A stretch of DNA of 64,000 nucleotides from positions 107,662-171,661 of the IMG/VR virus record IMGVR_UViG_3300028591_000092, one strand, 5' to 3'. The notes below the pieces were generated by a model. That model made no database searches. It was not told the DNA's origin and worked only from the letters and a program-made list of their open reading frames with translations. Source of the DNA: a virus (lineage: Duplodnaviria; Heunggongvirae; Uroviricota; Caudoviricetes). Each line of letters starts with the position of its first letter. The stretch's first letter is position 1. Below are positions 1-12,558 of the stretch, piece by piece. A program made the position numbers and the translations under genes.

Positions 1-364
1 TTTTATGATTAGATACCACAACACCGCTATACGTACCGTCAGCAGCACTAATATAAGGTAAGACATCAGGCAGAGGAAGTGTAAGAAGATTTTCACTTAA
101 ATTTCCAACAGGTCTATCATATCCCTCTTCTACCGGATCGTTTTGATAATCATATGTAACACTTAATCCGTGAGAAAGTTTATCTGCTCTAGTAGCATCT
201 AAAATTCTAGTAAATAGAGTATTTCTAGAATAAGGAGTAGTCACATATTCTTCATTTTCATCAATATCAGTAGCAATCTAAAATTCTGTAGAAGCGGTAA
301 CCTAATTATAAATAAGTCCAATAGGAGAATCTTCAAAAGGTTTAGAATCAGGAGAAACGCAAAT

Positions 365-868
365 CTATTTATATCCAAAATCAGGTTCTTCTACATCATC
401 AACTAATTCAACAGAAGTAATTATATTTAATGACGGAACTAGTTTTTCTCCTTTGCAAGCAACAATACTAACAAAACAATCTTTTGTTTCTCCTGCTAAC
501 TGAAGTGCAATATTAAGTTTATCATGATCATTGTAGAATACAACTGCGTTAATTCCACTTAATCCTATATTCAATCCAGAAGCAAATGTAATAATTCCAG
601 ACTCTGCAGATTGTGCATATATATTAGATTCAACAGCCTTCTTAACAACATCTGCTTCGTCAACACACTTAAGATTTAAGAATAACTCATCAAATCCTCC
701 CTCAGCACTTCCATAAGAAAGAGTCGTTTTTATGTCAATCCACTTTACATTGTCCTCAGATATTGTGTGCGTGGGATTAGGAGCAAATAATTCCTTGCAT
801 TTATCACCAAAGGCAGCAAGAAATTCTTTTGTTACTAATTTCTTTGGGTTTAATACTTCTCTAATCAT
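365..868 (-). CDS. hypothetical virion/structural protein. ORF ends at TAG (365-367) and coding-like sequence continues to the window start, so the gene probably extends beyond position 1.
   Basis: ORF track. Stop codon is cta on the plus strand, i.e. TAG, consistent with readthrough elsewhere in this block. Confidence 0.4.
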   Translation of the reverse strand: MIREVLNPKKLVTKEFLAAFGDKCKELFAPNPTHTISEDNVKWIDIKTTLSYGSAEGGFDELFLNLKCVDEADVVKKAVESNIYAQSAESGIITFASGLNIGLSGINAVVFYNDHDKLNIALQLAGETKDCFVSIVACKGEKLVPSLNIITSVELVDDVEEPDFGYK

Positions 869-1470
869 AATACATCACTTAAATCAGATTCAACAGTTAC
901 AGGGTGAGAACTGGTCTAATGACCGTAATTCCAATTACCCATCTCATCTCTTGTTGCTTTATCTAATGTAACATCAAATGTTTTTTCCTCATCGTCTCCA
1001 ACTACAGTATGTTCAATCGATGAATAGATATCAGGAGCTCCTTGAATATCTTCCCAATTAACCGCTGCGGCTAATTCGCCTTTAAGTGCTTTCCATGTGC
1101 AAGTATCGGGGTCTAAAAAGAACATTTGACCTGTTTTTCTATTAATATAAATATTCATTTTTTCACAAATAGTTAGTGTATCAAAATCAACAAGAGGTTT
1201 GCCTAAAATATCTGCAGGAATACGTTCCCCTTCCCCAAAATAAGTAAGTGATACTGGGCAAGTAGGATCTGGAGTAAACGGTCTCGGGTGTAAATCACTG
1301 CCTACAACAACAGAAATTTCATCCCAATCTGCTGGGAATAAATCAGGGGCGTCCCAAACGCGTTTCCACGTATAGTTCGTTTGAGGAGTATTTACATTAA
1401 TGTAATATCCTTCTTGTGGGGTGTGCTCGATTTTAAAATCTCGTTGGCATAAAATATAATTAGTTCTCAT
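865..1470 (-). CDS. hypothetical protein. TAG at 916-918 is probably read through to TGA at 865-867.
   Basis: ORF 916..1470. In-frame TAG followed by 16 sense codons, then TGA. Confidence 0.4.
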
Positions 1471-1652
1471 TTCTTGTATTTTTTTCTATACCGCCTAAGG
1501 AGCATCAAGATAATCACTCCATTCATATAAATCATCTAGAACAATTAAAGCCAATATTTTTTTAAGTCCTTTAGGATCATTATCTCCAAGAAATCTAAGT
1601 CTATTAAATTTGTCTTTAATTGTTTCTAAAATAGTTGCTTTTACGTCAATCA

Positions 1653-2306
1653 TTATCGTCCACAATTACAAGAGTGAATAGGAGGACGTCTATACATTAA
1701 ACCTTCCTCACATTTAGAATTATTACCACAGCAAGATCCTTTACCTCTGCCATTAGAGGGACAATTACCAAAACAATTTCCAATAAGCTTGAAGTAGGCC
1801 TGTGCTGTATCAAGATCTTCTACAGCCATTGCTGCTGTATGCCCATAAAGAAGTAAATATTTTCTAATTACTTCATCAGGTATAAGATCCTCACAAGAAG
1901 TATCAGATTTTTCTTTCATAAAAAGATCATCCATCATACATCTATAAGCATAATTAACATCAGAACAAATTGCTGTACTTGTTAATTCATCTAAGTAATC
2001 TTCATTATTTATAGCCTTAAATGTTCCTATATATATAGCAGCAGTTGAAATTCCCAACTTATCAATTGGAAGTCTTACAACAAATCTTGTTTGATAAGAA
2101 TCTTCATCAGAATCAGTAGAATCGTCTACTGGAAACAAGGCTTGTGATAAATCATAAAACGATGATTTAAAATCATTTCCCTCTACAAATCGAACCTCTA
2201 ATTGCAAAGAGGTGAAATGAAATTCTTCCGGGCAACTAAATACCAAATCAAGATATTTGCTATCACCAGATATTCTAAATAAACTTATACTAATATTTTT
2301 ATTCAT
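1653..2306 (-). CDS. hypothetical protein with Cys-rich C-terminus (CxxC-type clusters)
   Basis: ORF track. C-terminal CCGNNSKCEEG...CNCG. Confidence 0.45.
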   Translation of the reverse strand: MNKNISISLFRISGDSKYLDLVFSCPEEFHFTSLQLEVRFVEGNDFKSSFYDLSQALFPVDDSTDSDEDSYQTRFVVRLPIDKLGISTAAIYIGTFKAINNEDYLDELTSTAICSDVNYAYRCMMDDLFMKEKSDTSCEDLIPDEVIRKYLLLYGHTAAMAVEDLDTAQAYFKLIGNCFGNCPSNGRGKGSCCGNNSKCEEGLMYRRPPIHSCNCGR

Positions 2307-2618
2307 CTTTCTTTTTCTTTTGTTTTGGTAATATAGAAATGCTGCCTCCTTTAAAAACAGAGGTAATTGAACTCAGTCCTAATAAAGAACATGCTGTAAT
2401 AATTAAAACCTATAATAATCCTTCAACACATTTGGAACCTCCTTCTGTTATTGTTAGATATATTATACATCCAAGTGCTACGAGCATGGCAATAGACCCA
2501 ACCAGTCTCTTGCTTGAGCCTATGCCATTCTCACTTAACATCTCTCTAAAAAATTCCTTTGAAGTTTTCATGTTTTTCTATCTTGAACTTCATCATTCTA
2601 CTTATTATTATCAAAAAG

Positions 2619-4778
2619 CTATGCCAGCTCAATTTGATTACGCTCTTTAACCAACTCAAGTTCTTTCTCTTTAGCCTCAGCCTTAGACTTAACATCATAC
2701 CACTTAATAGATTGCTCTGCAGTATTATTCTGTTGCTCGATAGCAAGTTTCTTCTCATTAAGTTGCTGAAGTTTCTTAGTATTAGCTTCAAGCTGTTGTT
2801 GCATTTTCTTGGCCTGATCTTGAGCCTGCTCTAATTGTTGAGTAAGTTGAGCAATTTGATTATTCTCAAGCTTCTTCTGCTTAATAGTCTTTCTAAGAGC
2901 TTCTTTCATTTCTGTCAAGCTCTTGCTTGTAGTAACATCAATAAGAATTTCAGGATCAACTTGATTGTTCTTAGCTAATTCAAGAGCCATTTGTTTAAGT
3001 AATTCCTGCTCTTTCATTATCTCTGTAGAATCAGCAAGATGTACATCATAATCAGTCTATGAATAGTATTCAGGCAAAGCTGTAAAGATTTCTTTTCTGT
3101 TGCCTAAAATTATTTGCCCTGTAAGACCTTTCTTATAAACTTTTCTTGCCAAATTTAATGCATCAGTAAGCATTTCTGCAACAAGAGTATCCATTACTTG
3201 ATAATATTGTTTAGTAATGATATAAGACTATTGCATTCCTGCTTCAACATTTGCCACAGCATCTCTCTGCTGAATACCGCCGAGTCTTTCTCTAAATACA
3301 CCAGTAATAGAGCTTGCTGTAGTTTCAACCATTTCAAGAGCTATTTGTACCGCCTATAAAGCACCGGGCTCAATCATGTCGTTATAACCATTAAATACTT
3401 GATTAATAACATCTCCTTCTTGAGAAGAATCAAATAAAGCCAAGCCAGATTTTCTATAAGCAAGATATTTCATAAGACGCTCTTCCATTTTATCTCCCAA
3501 CATTTCTGGAAGATGCGCTAAATCAACAATAGCACCTTTTGTACCGGAAAGAGCAATCATATTACTTTTAAAGTAATTTAAAAGATCAAAGTCGTCCTAT
3601 AATGAAGCTGTTTTTAGCATTAATGAATAAGGAGCGCCATGTCCATCGGTATAATACATTCCATTAATAGACAAAGTAACTTCATTAGGAGAATCCATGT
3701 CTCTAACAACATTATCGTCTTCGCCATCTAATATGTAAATATCAGATCCAATTCTAGTTACCTTATATCTTTGACCTTTTCTTTTCTTTCCGTCTTTGAT
3801 CCAATCAATCCATTCTACTTCGTAAACAGGAATTAAATCCCATTTACCATAGCGATTGTCGCTGTCAAACGTAACTCCAACACCATCAACAATACCAGGA
3901 TTGCTATAATCTCCATATCTAGCTCCACATGAAGTTATAAGAACATAATTTCTATTATCTTCATCATATACTTTAAGGTCGTCTAACTCATCAATATCTT
4001 TTTGAGTAAGATCATCTCCATATTTCATGATAATTTCTTCTTTAGTCATCCATTTTCTTACAACAGCTTTATATCCGTTTTTAAGATACTAGCTTTTAGG
4101 GTCTTTATCTACCCATGTATTTAAAGGATCTTCAATTTCAATTTGAAAATTCGTTCCAGCAGATGTTGGTATAACTTTATAATAAGCTTCTCCAGCGATT
4201 AATAGATCTAGTAAAATCTATTTTAATTTATTTTTAAAGTCAATTTTTCTTGATTGCAAAATATACTAAACTATGTTCTATCCAGCAATCTCGTAATTAG
4301 ATAGGAAGTTAATATCAACGGACTCCATTAAATCTTTAATCTCCTAATCTATAACAGGATCAATTGTTTTCTCTTCGCCAGGCTTTTTCCCAGCAAGAGC
4401 ATCATAGACGGCATTTGTGAGATATCTAGACACCCACTCTCTAATCTTAGAAGCTTTTTCAAGCTAGATATCCCTAAAAATGTTGGTTAGAGTTTTTTCA
4501 TCTTTACATGAAATCTTTGGTCTGATCTCTGTTGTTAAGAATTCACCAACAATTGCGTCTATGTGTTTTCTAATCAATGGAGTAAAGGAAATTGAAGTAG
4601 GATTTCCTATTCCATAATTTTTTTCAATATGTTCGTATTGATATTTATCTCTGATGGCATTATAATAATTATAAGCTTTAAACAGCCCTTCTTTTTCATG
4701 AACTAAATCGCCTATAACATAATCAGCCATCTCTACAAGATAATCGTCAGAACCTTTTTTACTTTTAGAAATTTCCAT
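2619..4778 (-). CDS. large structural protein, putative portal. One reading frame with at least 5 in-frame TAG codons; C-terminal coiled coil.
   Basis: ORFs 2619..3017, 3354..3560, 3597..4049 and 4464..4778 are all in the same frame. In-frame cta (TAG) at 3057, 3228, 3354, 3597 and 4089. Lies immediately downstream of terL in transcription order. Confidence 0.45.
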
Positions 4779-4786
4779 TTTTATAC

Positions 4787-5065
4787 CTAATTTTCAGGAA
4801 ATGTTTCTATATTTCCGTATATTTTTAAGACAGCATGTTGTGATCTGTCAAGTCTTCTTTTCTTTAATTCAGTCTTTACAAAATCTAAAAATTCTTCATC
4901 TGACTCACATTGGTTAGCCATTACTAAACCGCCAAAATGCTCATCATGTAAATATAAAGTACATTTATACAAACCATCATTTTTTGTGACTTTTAAAGGT
5001 CTAGTATAAATGCAGCAATAAAGAGTTTCAATTAACTCTTTAACTTTTTTCTCTAAACCATCCAT
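4787..5065 (-). CDS. small hypothetical protein
   Basis: ORF track. Confidence 0.35.
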   Translation of the reverse strand: MDGLEKKVKELIETLYCCIYTRPLKVTKNDGLYKCTLYLHDEHFGGLVMANQCESDEEFLDFVKTELKKRRLDRSQHAVLKIYGNIETFPEN

Positions 5066-7361
5066 ATTTCATTGTAGATTGTTGAGGAACATTTTTTATT
5101 ATGCCAAAAACTTTCTGACCGTATTCATTTGTATAATACCCAACATTTTCTAATTTTCTGTCACCAGAATTATCTAATTTAGGAACTTTACCCTACATAT
5201 CTTCATTTGCCAAAAGGCAAATTCCAAAAGCAGCCACAATATCAAACTTTCGTTTGTTTTCAAATGAGTAACTTATTAACTGATCAATTACTTCTAAATA
5301 ATCAATTTGATCATAAAAGTCTTCAACATATTCCTATATTAATTCAATTTGGTGTTCTATAATTGATGTTACTGCAGGAACACCGTATTGTCTTTTATTC
5401 TATTTTGAGGTGGTCAATGTTACAGAAGGTCTTCTCATTAAATAGTATTGTTTCTGATACTAAATAAAATGATTTATTACCCCCACTCTAGTCGCCTCCA
5501 CCAAAGCTTTTGCATTATAGAACTAACATAATTTTAATGCTGTATCAAAAGCTTCTCTTACATCATTAGGTCTTTCTAAATATAAAGCAACTATTTTAGG
5601 CGCCTTCAATCCAACCTATCTTCGCATTACGACGATACAGAACTTAGAAACATCGTCTTGCCCAGTAGAAGTGTCTTTGCCCTAGTCAACAGCGTCTATT
5701 CCTATACAATATAAATTATTAAATGGAATACCTTTATCATCTGTCATTGGCAACTCTGTAATAAGAATCTTTCCTTGATCAGTAAATTCTGCTTTAGGCA
5801 TAGAATTTCTGTCAATTCCTCCTATATCCTTATTGTAATCCCAAGAAAGTCTAATTCTCTTAGGAGGCTCAACTGCTTTTAGTTGTTCTATATTTACTTG
5901 CTGTTCTGTAAGTTTTTCAGTATTAAATACATTATCTCCTTCAAGGATAAATGCATCTTCTGGAGTAAAACAGTACTCTGCCTTATCCTATAATAATTTT
6001 TTAGGGTCTTTTATTTTACTCCAAGTATTTTCATAATATGCCTTAGCTCTTTCTTCGTCTACTACTCCTCTTGAATCAAACCCAGGATTACCAGGGCTTC
6101 CAAACCACATAGTATAAGAAGGAATAAAATATCCAGTTAAAACAAATTCACCATTTCTAGTATAATTATGTTTATAAGGAAGCATAAAATACTCCTCTGG
6201 ATTATAAAACATGTCTTTGAGTGCAGCCAGTTTTGGTCCAGTATCTCCAGACGTTCCAAATACAAATCTAGAACCGACTCTAAATCCATTGATTTCAACT
6301 AAAGCGCGAGATTGAATATAAGACTGTGTTAATTTCTCATTACTACCAGCCTCTTCAAAATAAAGACTATATGTACGACCTCCACGTAATTTACGAGGAT
6401 CATCTATTGTAACGCCTTCTACTCTAGACTTCCATCCAACCTCGTTTTTATCTTTATCTACCTTAGAAGCAACCTTGACTCTAGAAGTATCCGTTTTCAT
6501 TCTTACCCTTCTAAAGCCACCTTGAGTTTGAGTATTAAGGAAGTCGAATTCATTCCACACTTTACTCAAAGTATCATCAACATATCTGTCAGCATAGGCC
6601 GCAACTATATTTCTTGTGTTTTTATGAAAAGTATATGCATCAGCAAGATTACTTGCAGCAATCTAAGAAGCTCCAACACCACGAGATTTAAAAGCTACAC
6701 CATCCATTCCAAGAGCTCGACATAAAGCAAGGTAATGAAAATACTCATACTATTTTGCTAAGAATGTGGGGAAGTTTTCCTCTTGTAACTCTGCACCGCT
6801 TTTATCTAATACAGAAGGAAGTCTAAAATAATTTAAGAAGAAATAATTTTCTCCCGTTAAAGTATATCTTCCAATTGTGACACCGTCTCTACATCTTCTA
6901 AATTCTTCCATCCAGTGTACTCTATGAGCAAATGTTCCAGGAAGCAAACTAGTATATTTTCCAGTCTATCTGTAAGTGTCAGCAGCTACTGTAAATACTT
7001 TAGGGTCAAAATCTAATCCTTCAGTTTTTGTTATAGGCCGATACCCAGTTAATTCATAAGATAAAGTCGGATCAAAATATAAAATAGGATCCCCCTTTTT
7101 TACATCCCAAGAATTGGGATCTTTTTTAACTTTTTTTGGCAATTCTTCTTGCTGAGGCTGTTCTTTATACTCAAGCATTTTCTTGACAAGTTCCTGGGTT
7201 TTTTCTTCTTTTGTTGGAGTTTTTCTCTCACGAAGCCTAATCGCTCTCTCTTTGTCAAGCTGTTTAGCTCTTTCTATAGCCTCTTCAGTAGTCATTTGTT
7301 GCCTTATCTTGCGTTCTTTAGCAGATTGTTTTGCTAGCTTTTCTAGCTCTTCTCTTGTCAT
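5040..7361 (-). CDS. terL: terminase large subunit (T4 gp17-like), translated through multiple in-frame TAG codons
   Basis: Same-frame ORFs 5988..6569, 6750..6947 and 6966..7361 joined by TAG at 5988 and 6966. HWMEEFRRCRDGVTIGRYT resembles the T4 gp17 VEEWKKCRDDIVYF region; LYFEEAG is Walker-B-like. Hand translation of ~5690-5760 gives IGIDAVD-Q-GKDTSTGQDD, a terminase nuclease-like motif. Frame-0 TAA at 5040. Confidence 0.6.
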
Positions 7362-7374
7362 AACTTATTGATTA

Positions 7375-7953
7375 TTAGTCAAATAGACCAGGTGTTGTAT
7401 CTCCTCTTAATCCAGAAGCTTCATCTTGCTCCTCTTTATATTGTGCCTCTAATTCTTTTAATGCTTGTAAGGCTTTTGAAAGATTTTGCATCTCTGTTAA
7501 AGTATCTTTAATTCTAAATACAGGCATTCCTGTATCTGTTCTTTCGTTGTAATCTATACTATCAATAAAGATTTGCATCTTATGAATATTATTAGTATAG
7601 GTTTCTACCATTTGGCCTATTACAGAAGAACTTTTCTATAGGTCTTGATACTTTTTGCATGCTGCTTTAAAGATCGGATCATTATACTCCTCATCAGTAA
7701 GTCTAGATGCTTCTAAAGCATATTTATGGCGATTGGCCGGAGTGTCCTTACTCCCAGGAGCGCCCCAGTCAATAGCCATATAAATATATATAAGTTCTCT
7801 AAAACCTCTTAATTTCTTTTTTCCTGTAGGATCTTCCTTACAGATATTTCTTTCATTAGTCCACAAGTCCGCAAATTCTTTTACCAAAAGAATTTCCGGT
7901 TCATTAATGATTATTTTATTTTCGGCACTATCATATGCGAAAAATTTAATCAT
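7375..7953 (-). CDS. hypothetical protein directly upstream of terL (possible small terminase subunit); one in-frame TAG at 7636
   Basis: ORFs 7375..7611 and 7636..7953 share a frame and are separated only by TAG. Assignment is by position relative to terL. Confidence 0.3.
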
Positions 7954-8222
7954 TATTTAAATATTTTTTGATAGTTTATTCTTCCACCAAGTTTTCTTAA
8001 TCCAACACTTTGATATGCCAAAGCAACATTAGAAGGATAATATTCTTTATCTTCTGTTTTAGCTACCCAATCAGGATCACCAACAAGTGCGCCAACTCTA
8101 TGTTGTCTAGATCCAATAAGTGCGTTACTCTAATAAGGGGCTTCTGTTGCATCATCAAAACTGTCTTGTTTAATTTGCCCTCTTTCTTTAGCTTCGTTTC
8201 TCTACGTCATTTGAAGTAATTG

Positions 8223-9032
8223 CTATTTAGGTAATGCTTGTGCAAAACTACCAGGAACGACAGATCTAGATAAAAGTTCTCTCGGTGCTTTGCGTTCTGC
8301 TTCTATAGCAGCATCATCAATACGTCTTTGCATCGCAAGTCTAGTTTGCCCTCCAAATTTACCATCTACAGCAAGGCCATTGTCCTTTTGGAATTGTTTA
8401 ATGGCGGCAATAGTATTTGCTCCCATCTTTCCATCAGCGCCAGTTCTGCCAACATTATATCCTAAATCAATTAATCGCTATTGAATCTGTTGAATATCAG
8501 TATCTTTAAACCCCTGTCTCTTATACCAATCTAATGGTCCTTCATACTGACCACTTCCACCAAAATACATATCAAGTCCAGCCTTACCAAGACCAAGAGT
8601 CATTTTTGCTTTAGCAACATTATCTTGAAATTCCTACTCATTTTTTTGCTGAATTCTAGTAGCCAAGTCAGGAGCAACTTCAGGAGAGCTGGGATCAAAA
8701 GTACCCGAAACAACTGGCGGGACTGTTCTACTTTTAACTGTATTTGAAAGCATCTCGTCCATGAGCTGGCGAGCCCCGGCAACAGATTCTCTTCTTGCTC
8801 TTTCTTGTGCTGATTTTTCAGCATCTCTTATAGCCCCAGAAGTAAAATTAACACTACCTCTTCCATATCCATCCCATGCTACTTGGTCTGCTTCTACTCC
8901 CCATCTTTTATACATAGGAAGCGCCTCCGCAGCTTCTTTTACTAGATACGCTCGTCTGTTGTCAAGAGGATCAAGAGCTACAGGCGTTAAATAGCCCATT
9001 TTTCTACTACGTTCACTAGAAAGTTCTCCCAT
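8223..9032 (-). CDS. virion-associated peptidoglycan-binding domain protein (PG_binding_1-like at the C-terminus)
   Basis: ORFs 8223..8426 and 8634..9032 share a frame. Motif AIKQFQKDNGLAVDGKFGGQTRLAMQR. Confidence 0.5.
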
Positions 9033-9034
9033 AA

Positions 9035-9220
9035 TTACTTAATTATATTACCGTTACAATCAACATTTACAATCTTGCCTCCAAATTTAGCAAGCCTCTT
9101 CTTACAATTACATGGTTTCATTGCACCACCAATTTCTTTCTTTTTCATCTTGGCACCGCATTTATCTTCCACAACTCCACCGTCTTCTTTGCGTTTGAGT
9201 TTAGCTCCACACTTAGCCAT
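9035..9220 (-). CDS. small Lys/Cys-rich protein (repeated CGAK..K..GG units)
   Basis: ORF track. Confidence 0.4.
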   Translation of the reverse strand: MAKCGAKLKRKEDGGVVEDKCGAKMKKKEIGGAMKPCNCKKRLAKFGGKIVNVDCNGNIIK

Positions 9221-9369
9221 TTGAGCGCCTTGTGATTGTTTTTGCTATTGTGCAACTTGCACTCCCAAAGCAACATACTGAACCAATTGTTGCATTATTT
9301 CTGGATTAGCTGGAGCTTGTTTTATGAGTTCTTCAACTTGTTTAATAAATTGTTCTTGATCGTTCATAG

Positions 9370-9591
9370 TTATTTACTTTTATTAGTTTCTAATTCTTTA
9401 ACTGTTGGAATATTAAGTAAAGAGTCACCGCCAAAAATTTTTAAATAATCAATAACAGATTTGACTTCATCTCTTGTTTTATAAATTGGAGATAACAACA
9501 CTTGTTTAACTGTCGGCTGTTTTACCATAACAGTCTCTCCTAATCTTGGATCTAACGGTGACCACCTAAAAGATAAAAACTTATCTAACAT
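9370..9591 (-). CDS. hypothetical protein
   Basis: ORF track. Confidence 0.3.
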   Translation of the reverse strand: MLDKFLSFRWSPLDPRLGETVMVKQPTVKQVLLSPIYKTRDEVKSVIDYLKIFGGDSLLNIPTVKELETNKSK

Positions 9592-9599
9592 TTTCTTCT

Positions 9600-12180
9600 C
9601 TTTATATTTAGAAAGATCTACATTCTATTCCTATGTAGTATCCGGCACTAATTCCATAGACTCATTATACATCATTCTATTGCCTAGATTTGGGAAATAA
9701 ATGCTATTAAACAACTGCTTAGAAAGTTTTTCTTGTTCTGTATTTGTCATAATTAATCTTCTATTTTACTTAAGTCTTTCGTCGAAAATATCTCTTCCCT
9801 AAATATTCCCTATTTGTCCAAATACCTACAAACAATTCCTTGTAGGGTTTTCTACTTATTATCTCCATCTTTCAGAGTAAGTTCTTTCTTGCGAAGAACA
9901 TACATCTCTGGAGCATCTGCTAATTTGTTGTTCCGAACTTTATCGCCAGGAACAAAGTAACATTTATCTTCAAACATGTTCATTTTATTTAAAATATTTT
10001 GTGTAATTTAATTTTCCTCCCGATTTATATTGCCATTCCATATTTAAAAAATTTTCAGGAACGTTAATTTCATACCATAAGTTTCCTTTTCTATCTAAAA
10101 CGTTTTGCCTCACTGTTCCAGTTCCAAATAACTTTTCATATATTTTTGGGAAGTCAGCATACTTTTTAAGAATAGTTTTATGTGCTTCTGGATAGTCATA
10201 TATTTGTTGAGGAATAGAAGTCCTTTTTTTATTAAGTTCAACTATATCTGGTCGTAACTAAAATTCAGTATTATATATTTTATATTTCTAATCTGAATTC
10301 AAAGAAGGAGACGACAGTCTAGCTCGATTATTATCAATCCACTCATTACGAAGTTTATTATAATGATTGTCTATAATAGACATTTGAGAATCATAATTTG
10401 GATTAGATATATTTGCTTTTTTATAGCCCTCTATTTTTGCTGCTGTTTCTGACATTGGAAATCTAACTCGTTTTAATCCATTTTCAGAAGCATATTTTAA
10501 AATCTCATATATCTGTCGTTGTTGATAGTTTTCTCCCAAATGCTTTAATTCAGAAAAAGGCCTTTGTCCAACAGTCAGTTCATTCTCGAAAGATTTAAGT
10601 AGTTCAGCCTCATCTGACATTAACTCATTTAATCTTTTTACTTCATGTTCTTGCAACGTTCTTCCATCCTAGGCTTTTCCTTCGGCTATCGATTTTTTCC
10701 AAGCAGATAAGTTTTCTTTTATATCCTAAATGCGTGTATTAAGAAATTGTGCTCTCCTGTCTGTAAACTTTTCAAAAGGTTTCCATGTTTTTCTTTGTGC
10801 CCAATCACTTTGGTTTTCTAATATATGCAGAATATCAGGATCTTCTTTTGTAGTATAAGTTCTTACATGCCCCAATGTATTTGAATTAAAATGTGTATTA
10901 TTACCAACAGGAATTTGTCTGGAAGAAAGTGTGAATGTATGTAAATCCGGTGTTTCAGTATAAGAATTATACAAGTCTTCAAATTCTGTACCAAATTTTT
11001 TTCTTAGTTCTTTCATTGTAACTTGTTCTCCGACAACATTAGTAAATGGAGAATATTTACCGGAAATTCCATTAAAATTTCTAAAATTCTACTTCCACAT
11101 TAATTCCGGGTGAGCATTTAAAAATTTATCTGAAGCATCCCCTCCTTTTCCTCTTCCTTTAGTCTAAAACATTAGGCCGTTTATACCATAATCGTCCCAC
11201 ATGTCAGTCGGGGATTGTTCATATTTTACAAGATTTTCTTGAATTACTTTACGAAGATCTTTATAATTAATTTTGTCCTGACCTTCAAAATTTTTTATAA
11301 CTTTTCCAACAATATCTTGAGTCATTTTATCCTATTTTGCCAAATAGGAGTTTAACTATTTTATAGATATTGTTCCATCTTTTGATAACTGTTTTTCTAG
11401 TGGAGAACCTTCCATAAATCCTTTCAACTAATACCCAGGAAGCTCTGCATTGTTATAAGTTATTATTGGATAATTAGATTGTGGCTGTATTTGTGTTGAT
11501 TTATATACTTTAGGACTAAATAATTTAGAAAACTTTGTAGTCTTTCCAATCCTCGGCCCTCCAAGCCTCGGCCCTACTAACATACTAGCATCTAAAGCGT
11601 CTGAAACTAGCTCCTTTCCAAGCGTGCCATTATAAGCTTTTTGACCAAGTCTAGTAGTTGCGCTAGCCAAAAAACCTGACTATACTGCTGGATCAACAAA
11701 AGTTTTTGTAAAATTTAAAGCATTTCCAACTTTTGGAATATAACTTGCTGCCCCCTCTACCCATTTAGATGGAGTATAAAATCTTCCCATCCAATCAAGT
11801 CCGGTTTTAAGTCCATTAGTGGCTGCAGTTCCAACTCCAGCTTCTGCAGCCATAGGAGCTAATGTCCCTAAACTTACTGCAGCCAGCGGAATTCCTATTG
11901 CTCCAGCGGTTATTTTACTTAAATCAGATTCTTTAGATGCTTCTGTATGAGGGGCAAAATGTATATTTTTTGTTCCTTCATCATTAATATATTTTCTCTT
12001 AACTCCAGAAGTTACTACTATCTCAGGAAGTTCTCCGGCATCATATTGCAGATCTTGTGCAGTTCGTTCTATAGCAAAATTAGACGCGCTAGTCCCTTTG
12101 AATCCTAAAGATTCTGCTTTATTTAAATTTTCTTGATATTTATTTGAATTATACTAATCGTCTAATTTTACTTTTGCCAT
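9600..12180 (-). CDS. large TAG-interrupted structural protein gene(s). Same-frame fragments at 10288..10656, 10726..11016 and 11428..11670; ATG at 12178-12180.
   Basis: Three listed ORFs share a frame. Intervening stretches lack ORFs of 60 aa or more, consistent with multiple recoded TAGs. Confidence 0.3.
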
Positions 12181-12189
12181 AATTTATTA

Positions 12190-12558
12190 TTATTTAAATC
12201 TTTCAGTTAATCCTTCTGCAATAACCGCCTTCACGGCCTGTTCATTTACCATCCAATAGCAATTACCCATAAAAGGTACTGGAGTAAGTTGAAGAATATT
12301 TACTAATACATCATCTCCAGCATGTACATATTGACAATCAGGAGCAACTTCAATTACTTTTGCACATTCAATAGTAAGTTTCTTTTCTTCTACTTGACCA
12401 CTATCTGAATTAATAAAATCAGAGTTTAAATCAAGACCGTCTTCAGTTTGTTTGTTAAGATACGGATTTTCATCATAAACATCTACAATAATATTTTTGT
12501 AGATCGGTTTTAATTCTAAAGCATTATTCATAATCATTAAACATTTAATATTGTACAA
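12190..12558 (-). CDS. groS: GroES-like co-chaperonin (longer than canonical); real start probably at the internal MIMNN
   Basis: LKPIYKNIIVDV and the C-terminal AVKAVIAEG resemble GroES; lies immediately downstream of the groEL-like gene. Confidence 0.5.
   Translation of the reverse strand: MYNIKCLMIMNNALELKPIYKNIIVDVYDENPYLNKQTEDGLDLNSDFINSDSGQVEEKKLTIECAKVIEVAPDCQYVHAGDDVLVNILQLTPVPFMGNCYWMVNEQAVKAVIAEGLTERFK

Noticed and set aside
865-867. TGA recoding (TGA to Trp) as an alternative explanation
   Set aside because: TGA and TAA appear at the ends of reconstructed genes (865, 5040, 12537) and all internal interruptions inspected are TAG, so only amber appears reassigned.
732-9448. Plus-strand ORFs inside the minus-strand late block (e.g. 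732..971, 2339..2650, 2559..2834, 6522..6725, 7149..7371, 8010..8219, 8290..8484, 8761..8994, 9236..9448)
   Set aside because: They are low-complexity, antisense to well-supported genes, and have no start or stop context. They are most likely frame artefacts.
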